The notes: a model not told the origin generated them from the sequence alone. Positions 1 through 10,349 are shown, counted from the first letter of the stretch. The stretch is 64,000 nucleotides of DNA from Dehalococcoidia bacterium (GCA_965261815.1 CBDHDR010000002.1:2000143-2064142); one strand, 5' to 3'. Numbers and translations: made by a program.

Positions 1-1
1 C

Positions 2-349
2 CTGCTGCTCGAGGGAGTATCCCTCCCCGTGGAGGAGATGGAAGGCACGCTTCTACAGACCCTATCCTCAATCAGCGTGGAGGCGCTGCCGATGAACATA
101 CCGGCGTCCTTCACCATAGACATCTCGATCTTGGACGACTTCGACAAGACGATCCGCGTGTCGACACTCCAGACCGACGAGGGCGTGACCATCCTCAACG
201 ACGGCGAAGAGATGATCGCCACGGTCGTGCGGCCGCGCGTCGAGGAAGAAGAAGAGCTCGCGGCCGACGAGGAGGAAGAGGGTCTCGAAGACGGCGAGGC
301 CGAGGTCGGGGAGGACGACGGGGCGGAAGCGGGCGCCGCCTACGAGTAG
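2..349 (+). CDS. rplY: 50S ribosomal protein L25 / general stress protein Ctc, C-terminal part (5' end outside window)
   Basis: The frame is open from base 2. LQTLSSISVEALPMNIPASFTIDISILDDFDKTIRVSTLQTDEGVTILNDGEEMIATVVRP matches the C-terminal beta-barrel domain of L25/Ctc, followed by an acidic E/D tail. Stop at 347-349. Confidence 0.75.
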   Translation: MLLEGVSLPVEEMEGTLLQTLSSISVEALPMNIPASFTIDISILDDFDKTIRVSTLQTDEGVTILNDGEEMIATVVRPRVEEEEELAADEEEEGLEDGEAEVGEDDGAEAGAAYE

Positions 350-554
350 TCCATATATCCTCCCTCAGCGGACGACGCGGGTGGCTCAACCCGATTGGAA
401 CGCCGTCGCCGAGACCGAGCCGGACGCCGACTCGCCGCGCAGCCTGTCGGCGGCCGGCTCGCCAGCCAGCCGATGCGCTCCGAAGCCTGTGCCGCCGGGT
501 CGAGCTTCTCGCTCCGACTGTGCGATACTCGCCGTCGCCGGGAGGTCCTGAAAC

Positions 555-1079
555 GTGAGCAGGGTATGGATGCTCGTAGGAGCCGTCTTCGTCGGCGTGC
601 TGATCGTCGCCGCCATCGCTTTGACGCTGCTGCAGCGGGAGCAGTCCTTCGAAGAGGGCACACCCGAGAAGGCTGTGCAGGAATTCCTCAAGGCCTACAC
701 CGCCGAGGACTTCGGCCGCGCCTACGACCTGTGGGCCGAGGAGCTCAAGCAGGACTGTAGCCGGGACGAGTATGTCCAGCGGTCCGTGGGTAGCGGCCGA
801 AGGCTGTCGGACAGCAGGGTCCGGCTGACGGACACGGAGTACGTGGGCGAGGACGGCCAGCGGGTCGTTGTCCTGGCCCGAGAGACTCGCGTCACCGGCG
901 ACGGGCCGTTCAGCACGTCGGAGTCCTCCATTCGTCAGCGCTACACCCTGGCGTTGGAGCAGGGTGAGTGGCGGTTCACCGAGGTGCCCTGGCCCTCCGG
1001 CGGATGCCCTCGCGCCATCCCGCGGAGTGGAATCGACAGCCCGCGCGGCACGGCATACCCCCGACCGCCGACCGGTTAG
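555..1079 (+). CDS. hypothetical membrane-anchored protein (N-terminal TM helix, small NTF2/SnoaL-like soluble part)
   Basis: GTG 555 is preceded by GGAGG at 541-545. Hydrophobic N-terminus MLVGAVFVGVLIVAAIALTLL. The soluble part (EKAVQEFLKAYTAEDFGRAY...) matches no specific family I recognise. Confidence 0.5.
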   Translation: MSRVWMLVGAVFVGVLIVAAIALTLLQREQSFEEGTPEKAVQEFLKAYTAEDFGRAYDLWAEELKQDCSRDEYVQRSVGSGRRLSDSRVRLTDTEYVGEDGQRVVVLARETRVTGDGPFSTSESSIRQRYTLALEQGEWRFTEVPWPSGGCPRAIPRSGIDSPRGTAYPRPPTG

Positions 1080-1084
1080 CCGCG

Positions 1085-2875
1085 ATGGAGATACTGCTCC
1101 TGACAGTGGTCGGGCTCCTGGTGCTGGCCGCGGTAGTCGCGGCGGTCGCCTACGGCGCGGTGAGGCTGTCCCAGCGTAGACGCGGCCCTTCGGCGGCGGA
1201 CCCCGGTATAGGCACGCCGCGCCGGCTCTACCTGTACGTCGTCACCCTTGCCGCCCTCGTCACGAGCGCATTCGGCCTCGTCTTCGTCGCGACGTTCGTC
1301 GTCGAGAGCATATTCGTCGGCGGCGAGGTCGCCGCCTCCACGACCGGGCAGGCCGTCGGGCTCTCGATGACCGTGGTCGGGCTGCCGCTATGGTGGTTTC
1401 ACTGGCGGCTGATAGAAAGACACGTGACGCGGTTGCCGGTCGAGACGCGCTCCGTGGTCCGCAAGCTGTACGTCTACGTCGTGCTGGCTCTCGGCGTCGG
1501 CTTCGTGGCCGAGGGCGCCGTCTCCGCGTTGAGCTTCGTCGCCCGCGTCGAGGACTTCGATGGCCGGCCCTGGGCGGCGATGATCGTGTGGGGAGGCGTG
1601 TGGGCCCTCCACTGGCGGCGGGAGACCTCCGAAGGGCAGCCGACGGCCGAGACGCTGGCGATACGGCGCATCTACCTCTACGGAGTGGCCGGGTCCGCCC
1701 TGGTCACGGCGGCCGCCGGGCTCGGATGGGCGGCGCACCTCGTGCTGCGAGAGGCGTACGACGCGCTGGTGCTGGCCCCGGCGGCGGCGTTTGCCGGCGT
1801 CGCGGACGAGCAGGTGAGACGGGCGCTGGTCCTGCTCCTCGTGGGGGGCGTCGTCTGGGCGGGGCACTGGGTCCACGTCGCCCGTGACGACGGGGACTCC
1901 GTCTTCAGACAGGTGTACCTGTACGTCCTGGCCCAGTTCGTGCCGTTCGTGACCCTCTTCGTCACGTCTATCGTCACCGTCGACCTAGTCCTGGTGTGGG
2001 CGGTCGGGGCTGGCGACAACGGGATCGCCGACCACTTCCGCTCCCTTCCCGGCGCGTTGGCGGTCCTCCTCGTCGCCGGGGGCGTGCTGGGATATCACCA
2101 CGCCGTAGCGCGCCAGGAGACCCAGGAGCCGGGGAGCGAGGTGCGCGGCGGCTACGTGTACGCGCTCACGGGAGTTGGTCTGCTCGCACTGGCCTTCGCG
2201 ATATCGATGCTGGTCGACACGGTGTTCGAGTTCGCCCTCGAACGCGAAACGGCGGTCTCGACGAGGCATCTTCTGGGACAGTCGTTGGCGCTCGTGCTCG
2301 CCATCGGGCTGATCGGCGGGTCCCTGTGGGGGTACTTCTGGAGTCGCATGCAACGTAGCCTGCGGGCCGCCGGCCCGGAGGAGCGCGTGGCCTGGCCCAG
2401 ACGCTTCTACCTCACTGCGGCCCAGGGAGTCGGCATGATAGCCCTGATTGGGGGCCTGAGCGTCGTGGTCTACGCGCTGATCAAGGGCATCCTGGCCGTC
2501 GACCTGACCGACTTGTTCGACGACGGGCGCGCCGGCCTGGCCGTCCTGGCGCCGGTGGGGGTACTCCTCCCGTATCACTGGCTGGTGTACAAGGAGGACC
2601 GCAGGATTGCGGGTCCCGGAGACGACGAACGCACGCGGAAGAAGAAGTCGGTCACGGTACTCGCGGGCCCGGACGGCTGGGAGTTCGTCTCCGAGCTCGA
2701 GCGAGCCCTCGGGTACGCGGTAACCCCGCTGGAATGGGCCGACGGCGACGCGCGCACTCCCCGGCTGTCGTCAGACGAGATCGAGGAGCTGGCCGGCCGC
2801 ATCGGGAACCTTCTCGGCAGCAGGATCCTGATCGTTCCCGACAACGGCGCCGTTCGGCTATTCTCCTATGAGTAG
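1085..2875 (+). CDS. polytopic membrane protein built from six tandem two-helix modules plus a soluble C-terminal domain
   Basis: ATG 1085 lies 6 nt after the upstream stop. Six repeats carry Y-[LV]-Y then H-W motifs (RRLYLYVV..FHWRL, RKLYVYVV..LHWRRE, RRIYLYGV..GHWVHV, RQVYLYVL..GYHHAV, GGYVYALT..GYFWSRM, RRFYLTAA..PYHWLVY). The C-terminus is about 100 hydrophilic residues. The ORF-track start at 968 overlaps the upstream gene and is rejected. Confidence 0.6.
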   Translation: MEILLLTVVGLLVLAAVVAAVAYGAVRLSQRRRGPSAADPGIGTPRRLYLYVVTLAALVTSAFGLVFVATFVVESIFVGGEVAASTTGQAVGLSMTVVGLPLWWFHWRLIERHVTRLPVETRSVVRKLYVYVVLALGVGFVAEGAVSALSFVARVEDFDGRPWAAMIVWGGVWALHWRRETSEGQPTAETLAIRRIYLYGVAGSALVTAAAGLGWAAHLVLREAYDALVLAPAAAFAGVADEQVRRALVLLLVGGVVWAGHWVHVARDDGDSVFRQVYLYVLAQFVPFVTLFVTSIVTVDLVLVWAVGAGDNGIADHFRSLPGALAVLLVAGGVLGYHHAVARQETQEPGSEVRGGYVYALTGVGLLALAFAISMLVDTVFEFALERETAVSTRHLLGQSLALVLAIGLIGGSLWGYFWSRMQRSLRAAGPEERVAWPRRFYLTAAQGVGMIALIGGLSVVVYALIKGILAVDLTDLFDDGRAGLAVLAPVGVLLPYHWLVYKEDRRIAGPGDDERTRKKKSVTVLAGPDGWEFVSELERALGYAVTPLEWADGDARTPRLSSDEIEELAGRIGNLLGSRILIVPDNGAVRLFSYE

Positions 2876-2959
2876 CCGCTGACGTTCGGTCCTGACCCGC
2901 CGCCGCGCCGGCCTGACCTGCTACACTCGCTGGCAATCCAAGACAGGACGGCCCCTACG

Positions 2960-3820
2960 ATGGCACGCATACACATTCTCGGCGCGGGTACGCCGACCCC
3001 GACGCCCACCAGGTTCGGCTCAGCCTTCGTGGCCCAGCTCGACAGCACCCAGATAATGATCGACTGCGGGCCGGCGGCCACCCACAAGCTGGTCAAGGCC
3101 GGTCTGTGGCCCACGGAGATAGACTACCTCTTCTTCACCCACCACCACTTCGACCACGACGTCGACTACCCGTGCTTCCTCCTCTGCCGTTGGGACCAGA
3201 GCATCGGGAAGGAGAATCGGCTCCAGGTGTATGGGCCCACGCTCACCGAGAAGATCACGGAGGGCATCCTCGGTGAGGACGGGGTGTTCGCCCACGACTG
3301 GAAGGCGCGGGTCAATCACCCGGCGAGCCAGAACGTGCACGTCAACCGCGGCGGCACGCTGCCGCGGAAGCCGCCGGACGTATTCGCCCAGGACATCGGG
3401 CCGGGCCGCGTCTACTCCGGGGCCGACTGGGAGATGTCCGCCGCCCGCGCCGAGCACGTCCAGCCGTTCCTCGACTCGCTTGCCTACAGGCTGGACAGCC
3501 CCGAGGGCAGCATCGTCTTCACCGGCGACACCGAGCCGTGCGACTCGGTGGTCGACCTAGCGAGGGACGCCGACATGATGCTCTGCATGTGCTGGGACGA
3601 CCAGGACGCGATGGACGAGAACGGCGAGGCGGCGCGCCAGTGCGGCACCAAAGACGCGGCCCGCATGGCGCAGGAAGCCGGAGTGAAGAAGCTGGTGCTG
3701 GTACACGTCGGGGCCAACCTGTCGCAGCACTCGGTGATGGAGAAGGGCATCGGCGACGTCAAGCGCATCTACGACGGCGAGGTGGTCTTCTCCGAGGAGC
3801 TGATGGCCGTAGACGTGTAA
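2960..3820 (+). CDS. MBL-fold metallo-hydrolase
   Basis: Carries the metallo-beta-lactamase signature FFTHHHFDHD and later FTGDTEP and LVLVHV motifs. Length 286 aa. Confidence 0.8.
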   Translation: MARIHILGAGTPTPTPTRFGSAFVAQLDSTQIMIDCGPAATHKLVKAGLWPTEIDYLFFTHHHFDHDVDYPCFLLCRWDQSIGKENRLQVYGPTLTEKITEGILGEDGVFAHDWKARVNHPASQNVHVNRGGTLPRKPPDVFAQDIGPGRVYSGADWEMSAARAEHVQPFLDSLAYRLDSPEGSIVFTGDTEPCDSVVDLARDADMMLCMCWDDQDAMDENGEAARQCGTKDAARMAQEAGVKKLVLVHVGANLSQHSVMEKGIGDVKRIYDGEVVFSEELMAVDV

Positions 3821-4360
3821 CCCGCCGCGGCGGACAGTCCGATCGGAGGGCGCGCGGACGATGGGCAGGTTCACCTGGCCGACCTGGCGTGGCGGCGGGT
3901 TTCAAACCCCGCCTCTACGGGTGCAGCCTCATTCTCCTGGTTGGTGGTGTCCCGCGCCGTGTTCATCTGAACAGTTGCTTCCCCCCAGGGCCTTTCGGTT
4001 GTTGGCCGCGGTGCGAGCGGAGCAGCGCCTATCGGCTTGGTCCCGAACTTCCTCGCCGAGTGCGGCCGCGGCCGATTTCGGGGAAAATGTGCCAAATTGT
4101 GCCATTCTGCGCCACGCCCTATCTGAGCGGTGTCCCCACCGTGGCACAAAATGTCATACTGGTGTGTCACGGCATCCTGTGGAAAGTGGGGGAATCGGCC
4201 CCGCGACGCGGTTCGACGCGCGCGGGCTCGATCTATCTGCTGGCGAGTGCTTGTCACGAGGACAGAGTAGCACTGATGTACTGCCCGGTTCAATGGCCTC
4301 TACGAATGATCGAAAGGCCCTGTGCTTCCCCCCGCTCGGCTTCTAAGGCAATCCCCCGCC

Positions 4361-4370
4361 GTGCTAGAAT
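4361..4370 (+). promoter_or_regulatory. putative extended -10 promoter element GTGCTAGAAT upstream of mfd
   Basis: TG-n-TAGAAT lies about 60 nt upstream of the mfd ATG. The identical 10-mer recurs at 21007-21016 upstream of another gene. Confidence 0.3.
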
Positions 4371-4428
4371 TGCCCGAGGCTAGCCCGGTTTGCGCGGGCT
4401 GGCCCTTTAGCCGTGGCGCGAAGGGCAT

Positions 4429-7400
4429 ATGGCGTTAGACGTACTGCACGAGCTGCTCGACCAGGAGCCGCGATACCAACGGCTGTTGGCGTCGCTGCGG
4501 AGAGAGCGGCCGCGCGTCGACCTGCAGCTCCTTTCCAACGCGGTCCCCTTCGTCCTATCGTCGCTCGCGCGCGGGCTCGGCTATCCGATGGTGGTGGTCG
4601 CTCCGAAGCCGGAGGAGGCCCGTCGGCTCTACGAGCAGATGACAGTATGGGCGGACGGCGACACGGCCGTGCTGCACTTCCCTGAGACGGAGGCGCTGCC
4701 GTTCGAACGGGTGATGTCCGACGACGACACCGTCCACCAGCGCATCGGGACGCTGGCCCGCCTGTCCGGCGGCGGCCCGGGCGTCGTGGTCGTGGCCTCC
4801 GTCGCGGCGCTGGTCCAGAGCACCGTCGACCGCGCCCTCTTCGAGTCGTCGCGGCACACGCTGACCCAGGGCCAGACGATCGATCCGTCGTCGCTGCGCG
4901 ACCTGTGGCACAGGATGGGCTACCGGTTCGAGCCCAACGTGGACGCGCCGGGCGTGGCCAGCAGCCGCGGCGGCATTCTCGACATCTTCCCGCCGGACAT
5001 GGAAGCGCCCGCGCGCATCGAGCTGTGGGGCAACGAGATCGACAGCATCCGCGTGTTCGACCCTTCGAGCCAGAGATCGTCGTCCCGTATCGAGTCGCTG
5101 ACCGTTACCCCGTGCAAGGAGATACTGCCCGGACTCGTCCCCGCGTCGGAGCTAGAGGAGATCGCCCGTACGCTGGACCTGTCGCCGTGCGGCGCGGCGG
5201 CAAGCCAGCGGATATCGGACGAGCTCGCACTCCTGCTGGAGGGCCAGCTCGTCGAGGACATCGCCTTCTACGCGGGGCTGTTCAATCACGGTTCGCTTCC
5301 GCAGTACCTGCCCGACGACAGCCTGCTGGTGATGCACCGCCCGGTCGACGTCGCCGAGGCGGGCCTGGGCCTGGACGAGCGCACGCAGCAGCTCCGTCGC
5401 ACGAAGGAGCGTCGGGGCGAGTTGCCGGCGGACTTCCCTTCGCCCAATATGACCTGGGAGGAGGTGCGGCGGCAGTGCGGATCCGTTTCCAGGCGGCTCG
5501 AGATCTCGCCTTGGGGTGCGGCGGACATCACCCATCACGACGCCCACAGCCTGCCGTTCGCATCCCCGCCGGGCTTCTTCGGCAAGCCGGAGGCGTTCGT
5601 CGAGGCCGCAGACCGGATGGCCGGAGAGGGCCACCGGGTGCTCGCGGTGACGACCGTGCCCAAACGGCTGGCCGAGATACTGGGCGGCTATGGGGTCGAG
5701 GCAAGAGTCTCGGGGCCCCTGGACGGCCCGCCGGCGCCGGGCGCGGTGACCGTCGTGCAAGCCGAGGGCGCCGGTCTCGACGAGGGTGTGGTGCTGGCGG
5801 CGGACAGCCGCGAGCTCGCGGTGTTCAGCGACGCCGAGATCTTCGGCGTCGCGAAGCGGCGGCGGTCCGTCCGCCGCAAGGCCGCTCGACGCGACTCGCT
5901 GCTCGCGGAGCTGTCCCCGGGCGACTTCGTCGTCCACGTGGAGCACGGCATCGGCAAGTTCACCGGCACGGGCAGCCCCGAGTGGGGCGACGGCGACCGC
6001 GAGTACCTGATACTGCAATACGCCGACGGCGACCGGCTCTACGTGCCGATGGACCATCTGGACCGTGTCACGCCGTACATTGCGCCACTGGACCGGGCGC
6101 CGACGCTGACCCGGCTGGGCAGCCAGGAGTGGAGCCGCACGAAGGCCCGTGTCGAGCGCTCGACGAGGGAGATGGCGTCCGAGCTGCTGACGCTCTACGC
6201 GGCGCGTGAGCTCACCGAGGGGCAGGCATCCGCCCGGGACACGCCCTGGCAGGCGGAGCTCGAGGCCTCGTTCCCGTTCGAGGAGACGCCGGATCAGGTC
6301 GCGGCTATCGGCGACGTCAAGTCGGACATGGAAGGCAGCAAGCCGATGGACCGCCTGGTCTGCGGGGATGTCGGCTATGGCAAGACCGAGGTGGCCCTGC
6401 GCGCGGCATTCAAGACGGTGATGGGCGGCAAGCAGGTGGCGGTGCTGGTGCCGACCACCGTGCTGGCGCAGCAGCACCACGTGACCTTCTCGCAGCGCCT
6501 CGCCGCGTACCCGGTAAAGGTCGAGGTGCTCAGCAGGTTCCGGTCTCAACGCGAGCAGCGGGCCGTCGTCGAGGGCCTGGCCGACGGGACGATAGACATC
6601 TGCGTTGGCACCCACCGCCTCATACAAAAGGACGTCGGCTTCAAGGACCTGGGCCTGGTCATCATCGACGAGGAGCAGCGCTTCGGCGTCGGTCACAAGG
6701 AGCGGCTCAAGCAGATGCGCCACGAGGTGGACGTGCTCACGATGACCGCCACCCCGATACCGCGGACGCTTCATCTGTCGTTGGCCGGCCTGCGCGACAT
6801 GAGCACCATCGAGACGCCGCCCGAGGAGCGTCTGCCGATCAAGACGTACGTCTCCGAGTTCAGCGACGAGCTGATCCGCGAGGCCATCCGCCGAGAGATA
6901 GACCGCCAGGGCCAGGTCTTCTTCCTCCACAACCGCGTCTACAACATCGACTACATGGCCGGCTACGTCCGGGCGCTGGCGCCCGAAGCGGAAGTCGGCG
7001 TGGCCCACGGGCAGATGCCGGAGGACCAGCTCGAACGCGCGATGGTGGACTTCTCCGAGGGCCGTACCGACGTGCTGGTCTGCACGACGATCATCGAGTC
7101 CGGGCTCGACATGCCCAACGTGAACACGCTGATCGTCGACAGGGCCGACTCGTTCGGGCTGTCCCAGCTCTACCAGCTTCGAGGCCGCGTCGGGCGGGGA
7201 GCGCGGCGGGCCTATTCCTATCTGCTCATACCGCCGGCGAAGAGCCTGACCGAGACCGCCGAGAAGCGGTTGAAGACGATACTCGCCGCGACTGAGCTGG
7301 GCGCCGGATTCAGAATCGCGATGACCGACCTCGAGATCCGGGGCGCCGGCAGCATCCTGGGCGCCCACCAGAGCGGGCACATCCACGCGGTGGGCTTCGA

Positions 7401-7971
7401 CCTGTACAGCCGGCTGCTGGGCGAGGCGGTCGAGGCTCTGAGGGCGCGGCGCGAGTCTGTGGAGGCGGGTGACGTATCGGCCGCGGAGCCCGCGCCGGAG
7501 CTGGCGCCGGCGTCGGTCGACCTGGGCATTCCAGCCAACATTCCGGAGAGCTACGTCGCCGATCTGGCCACGCGAATCGGCGTCTACCGCGGGCTCGTAG
7601 GCCTGAGCGACGCTGCCGCCGCGCAGGCCATCGAGGACGAGCTGCGCGACCGGTTCGGGCCGCTGCCGTGGCAGGTCCAGAACCTGATCTACGTCGCGCG
7701 GCTCAGGGCCGCTGGCGCCGGGGCCGGTGTGCGCTCGATTACCAAGAACGGCGAGAGAATCGTACTGCAGCTCCACGACGAGATCGGCGGTGCCAGGAGA
7801 GCGCTTCAGCGCAAGTTGGAGCGGGGGGTAGAGGCCGGACACAGCCAGGTGAGGCTGGACCTCGAAGCCCTGTCCGAAGGCTGGCAAGGGCCGCTGATGA
7901 GGACGGTCGAGGGGCTTTCCGACTTCAGGACCCGGGTCGTGGCGGAGCTGGCGGCCGTCGCCGGACACTAG
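4429..7971 (+). CDS. mfd: transcription-repair coupling factor
   Basis: 1180 aa. UvrB-homology N-terminus, a CarD-like RNAP-interacting region ([14 protein letters not shown]), superfamily-2 helicase motifs ([45 protein letters not shown]) and a TRCF C-terminal domain. Confidence 0.95.
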   Translation: MALDVLHELLDQEPRYQRLLASLRRERPRVDLQLLSNAVPFVLSSLARGLGYPMVVVAPKPEEARRLYEQMTVWADGDTAVLHFPETEALPFERVMSDDDTVHQRIGTLARLSGGGPGVVVVASVAALVQSTVDRALFESSRHTLTQGQTIDPSSLRDLWHRMGYRFEPNVDAPGVASSRGGILDIFPPDMEAPARIELWGNEIDSIRVFDPSSQRSSSRIESLTVTPCKEILPGLVPASELEEIARTLDLSPCGAAASQRISDELALLLEGQLVEDIAFYAGLFNHGSLPQYLPDDSLLVMHRPVDVAEAGLGLDERTQQLRRTKERRGELPADFPSPNMTWEEVRRQCGSVSRRLEISPWGAADITHHDAHSLPFASPPGFFGKPEAFVEAADRMAGEGHRVLAVTTVPKRLAEILGGYGVEARVSGPLDGPPAPGAVTVVQAEGAGLDEGVVLAADSRELAVFSDAEIFGVAKRRRSVRRKAARRDSLLAELSPGDFVVHVEHGIGKFTGTGSPEWGDGDREYLILQYADGDRLYVPMDHLDRVTPYIAPLDRAPTLTRLGSQEWSRTKARVERSTREMASELLTLYAARELTEGQASARDTPWQAELEASFPFEETPDQVAAIGDVKSDMEGSKPMDRLVCGDVGYGKTEVALRAAFKTVMGGKQVAVLVPTTVLAQQHHVTFSQRLAAYPVKVEVLSRFRSQREQRAVVEGLADGTIDICVGTHRLIQKDVGFKDLGLVIIDEEQRFGVGHKERLKQMRHEVDVLTMTATPIPRTLHLSLAGLRDMSTIETPPEERLPIKTYVSEFSDELIREAIRREIDRQGQVFFLHNRVYNIDYMAGYVRALAPEAEVGVAHGQMPEDQLERAMVDFSEGRTDVLVCTTIIESGLDMPNVNTLIVDRADSFGLSQLYQLRGRVGRGARRAYSYLLIPPAKSLTETAEKRLKTILAATELGAGFRIAMTDLEIRGAGSILGAHQSGHIHAVGFDLYSRLLGEAVEALRARRESVEAGDVSAAEPAPELAPASVDLGIPANIPESYVADLATRIGVYRGLVGLSDAAAAQAIEDELRDRFGPLPWQVQNLIYVARLRAAGAGAGVRSITKNGERIVLQLHDEIGGARRALQRKLERGVEAGHSQVRLDLEALSEGWQGPLMRTVEGLSDFRTRVVAELAAVAGH

Positions 7972-8001
7972 GCAAGACGAAGTTACCCAGGAGGTATACG
8001 C

Positions 8002-9339
8002 ATGCGTGATCGGTTGATGGCTCTGGAGGAGGCGGGCAGCCCAATACAGGTGTCGATCATCGGCTGCGGCCGTTTCGGATCGATGATGGTCGCGCAGATC
8101 GCGCGTGCGCCCGGCATGCGGGTGGCCGTGGCGTGCGATCTCAGCGCCGACCGCGCCAGGGAGGCGCTTGGCCGCGGCGGCAGCGGGGTCGCGGCCGTGG
8201 AGGCCGACGACCCGTCGCACGCGAGCGACGCGATACGGCGCGGCGTACCCGTGGTAACGGAGTCGTCGAAGGTCGCCATCGAGGCGGAGGTCGACGTCGT
8301 GGTCGAGGCCACCGGCATCCCCGACGCCGGCGCCCGTCACGCCTTCGACGCGATCATGGCCGGCCGGGACGTCGTGATGGTGAACGTGGAGGCCGACGTG
8401 CTCGTGGGGCCGATTCTGAGGCGGATGGCCGACAGTGCGGGCGTGGTCTACAGCCTCGCCTTCGGGGACCAGCCGGCCATCATCGAGGAGCTGTACGACT
8501 GGGCCGCGGGACTGGGATTCGAGGTGGTCGCCGCAGGCAAGGGCACGATGTTCCTGCCCGAGTACCGGAAGGGAACGCCCGACGGCGCGCTGGCACGGTA
8601 CGGTTATTCGCCCGAGGACGCGGCCGCGAGCGGGCTGAACCCCCAGATGTACAACTCGTTCCTCGACGGCACCAAGTCCGCGGTCGAGATGTGCGCCGTC
8701 GCCAACATGACCGGCCTCGTGCCGGATATTCCCGGAATGAACTTCCCGCCAGTCGGGGTCAGCGACCTGCCGCGCGTGCTCATACCGAAGGAGGACGGCG
8801 GCATACTGTCTCGTCGGGGCGTGGTCGAGGTCGTAAGCTCGCTGAACCGCGACGGCACCGAGGTTGCCGAATCGACCCGGTGGGGCGTATACGCCGTGAT
8901 AACGAGCGACAGCGCGTATCTTCGACGCTGCCTCGGGGACTACGGGCTGCCGACCGACCCCTCCGGCCGGTACGCGTCCGTCTACCGGCCGTACCACCTG
9001 GTAGGCATGGAGGCTCCCGTTTCGATCGGCAGGGCGGCTTTGTACGGCGAGGCGACGGGCTCTCCCAAGGCGCGCGTGGGCGAGGTGGTGGCGATGACCA
9101 AGAAGCGCCTGGCCCCGGGCGACGTGCTCGACGGCGAGGGTGGGTCGACGGTCTACGGCATCCTGGTCGACGCGGTCCACGCCACCGCGGAGCGGCTGCT
9201 GCCCATCGGGTTGTGCCACGGCGCGAAGGTCCTGAGACCGGTGGTCGAGGGCCAGACGCTGGGCCTCGGCCACGTCGAGCTGCCCGCGGGCGGATTCGCG
9301 CGACAGCTCCGCGAGCTGCAGCTTGCCGGCGACGCGTAG
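8002..9339 (+). CDS. NAD(P)-binding oxidoreductase with C-terminal SAF domain (homoserine-dehydrogenase-like, COG4091-type)
   Basis: Rossmann N-terminus VSIIGCGRFGSMM. Overall architecture and length (445 aa) match the predicted homoserine dehydrogenase/SAF family. AGGAGG lies upstream at 7990-7995. Confidence 0.65.
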   Translation: MRDRLMALEEAGSPIQVSIIGCGRFGSMMVAQIARAPGMRVAVACDLSADRAREALGRGGSGVAAVEADDPSHASDAIRRGVPVVTESSKVAIEAEVDVVVEATGIPDAGARHAFDAIMAGRDVVMVNVEADVLVGPILRRMADSAGVVYSLAFGDQPAIIEELYDWAAGLGFEVVAAGKGTMFLPEYRKGTPDGALARYGYSPEDAAASGLNPQMYNSFLDGTKSAVEMCAVANMTGLVPDIPGMNFPPVGVSDLPRVLIPKEDGGILSRRGVVEVVSSLNRDGTEVAESTRWGVYAVITSDSAYLRRCLGDYGLPTDPSGRYASVYRPYHLVGMEAPVSIGRAALYGEATGSPKARVGEVVAMTKKRLAPGDVLDGEGGSTVYGILVDAVHATAERLLPIGLCHGAKVLRPVVEGQTLGLGHVELPAGGFARQLRELQLAGDA

Positions 9340-9371
9340 CCCAGGCGTCCTGACTGTCACCCTCACCCCAG

Positions 9372-9394
9372 CCCTCTCCCGTCGAGGGAGAGGG
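9372..9394. terminator. GC-rich hairpin between convergent genes (CCCTCTCCC-GTCGA-GGGAGAGGG)
   Basis: A perfect 9-bp stem at 9372-9380/9386-9394 lies between the stop of 8002..9339 (+) and the stop of 9416..10132 (-). The T-tract is weak (GGTTTCT). It could equally be a REP-type palindrome. Confidence 0.4.
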
Positions 9395-9415
9395 GGTTTC
9401 TGATCGGCGGGCTTG

Positions 9416-10132
9416 TCAGCGATCTGTGTTTATCGCGTCCAGGACGCCGGGCAGCTCGGACAGCGACCGGATGCGGGGGCAGCGGCGGAAGTCAGGGTGA
9501 TTGCCGTCGCGGTCGATGAGCACGGCGGCGAGGCCGGCGGCCAGCGCGCCGTCTATGTCCGTCGTCGGCTGGTCCCCGACGTGCACGGAGTCGGCGGCGC
9601 CGACGCCGGCGCGCCTGAGAGCCTCGTCGAATATCCGCCGCGACGGCTTCTCCGCTCGGACCTCGCTCGAGGTCACGATGACGTCGAGGCGGCCGGTGAG
9701 GCCGATGCCCGCCGCCAGACCGGCCCCGCCGCGGTCGATGTTCGTGATCATGCCGACGACGAGCCCGCGCTCCACCAGCGCGTCGAGCACCGGCGCGGCG
9801 TCGTCGAAGGCGGCGAAACCGTACTCCACCTGGCCGAGGGCGCGCCACACCTCCAGCGCCCGCTCGGTGGTCACGTCGACGCCTGCGCCGCGCAGGACCA
9901 GGCTCTCGTACTCCGCGAAGAATTTTTCCGTATCGGCCGGACTCAGCAGCCGGACCGGGGAGACCGAGTTTTGCCTGGCCATGAAGGCGTCGGCCAAGGC
10001 GTAGCCCGCCATGACGCCCTCCGGGGTGACGTGTATACCGAAGCGGCCGCAAGCCTCGGACTGCACCTCGTAACGGGACGGTCGAAAGCCGGCCAGGGTG
10101 CCGTACATGTCGAAGAAGACAGCCTTGATCAT
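9416..10132 (-). CDS. HAD-superfamily hydrolase (haloacid dehalogenase-like subfamily)
   Basis: N-terminal motif I VFFDMYGTL (DxYGT variant) and C-terminal motif HVGDQPTTDIDGA. Length 238 aa. Confidence 0.8.
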   Translation of the reverse strand: MIKAVFFDMYGTLAGFRPSRYEVQSEACGRFGIHVTPEGVMAGYALADAFMARQNSVSPVRLLSPADTEKFFAEYESLVLRGAGVDVTTERALEVWRALGQVEYGFAAFDDAAPVLDALVERGLVVGMITNIDRGGAGLAAGIGLTGRLDVIVTSSEVRAEKPSRRIFDEALRRAGVGAADSVHVGDQPTTDIDGALAAGLAAVLIDRDGNHPDFRRCPRIRSLSELPGVLDAINTDR

Positions 10133-10302
10133 CAGATATCCATGTTAGCATTGACGCCCCGGCCCGGACATCCGTCGTGGGAAAGGAGCCGTTCCCGCGT
10201 GCGCCCCTCGATACGCGCCGCTGAAGCAGCGCCGCTACTCGGGGTGAACGGACTGAGTGGGCGCCGCCGAGATGGGGAACCGGGTCGAGCGGCTCTGAAG
10301 AC

Positions 10303-10349
10303 CGTTAGCCCTGAGTGCCCCGACGCTTCGTCGGGGTGTATCGAAGGGC
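10303..10349 (+). repeat. REP2 palindromic element, copy 1
   Basis: CGTTAGCCCTGAGTGCCCCGACGCTTCGTCGGGGTGTATCGAAGGGC, with hairpin core CCCCGACG-CTTC-GTCGGGG. A near-identical inverted copy lies at 29479-29525. Confidence 0.6.

Noticed and set aside
968-1084. Longer N-terminal extensions offered by the ORF track (968 for the membrane protein, 13545 for the CPBP protease, 13637 for trpA, 19094 for tyrS, 34473 for the antitoxin, 39949 for thyX, 40741 for crcB, 41337 for the hypothetical gene)
   Set aside because: Each extension overlaps the upstream gene or repeat DNA and has Arg/Pro-rich nonsense composition. In each case an internal start with a good GGAGG-type ribosome-binding site gives the expected protein N-terminus.
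3894-3913. tRNA-like T-arm (GGCGGGTTTCAAACCCCGCC) in the 600-bp gap before mfd
   Set aside because: The loop and stem do not fit the G53-TTC-R-A-N-N-C61 geometry, and no acceptor, D or anticodon arms can be built around it. It is more likely a plain hairpin downstream of the MBL hydrolase gene.
4142-4158. Sigma-54 promoter (TGGCAC at 4142-4147)
   Set aside because: The -12 element is absent: GTCA appears where TTGC is required at the correct spacing. It is just part of a TGTGCCA/TGGCACA inverted-repeat patch of unknown meaning.
5152-9366. 1404-aa minus-strand ORF
   Set aside because: It is antisense to mfd and the SAF-domain oxidoreductase, both of which have unmistakable motifs. Stop-poor antisense frames like this are typical of high-GC DNA. 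The same applies to other Arg/Gly/Pro-rich overlapping ORFs throughout 1-36 kb, for example 4905..6209, 10132..11300, 13752..14603, 16916..18220, 22071..23591 and 30204..31595.
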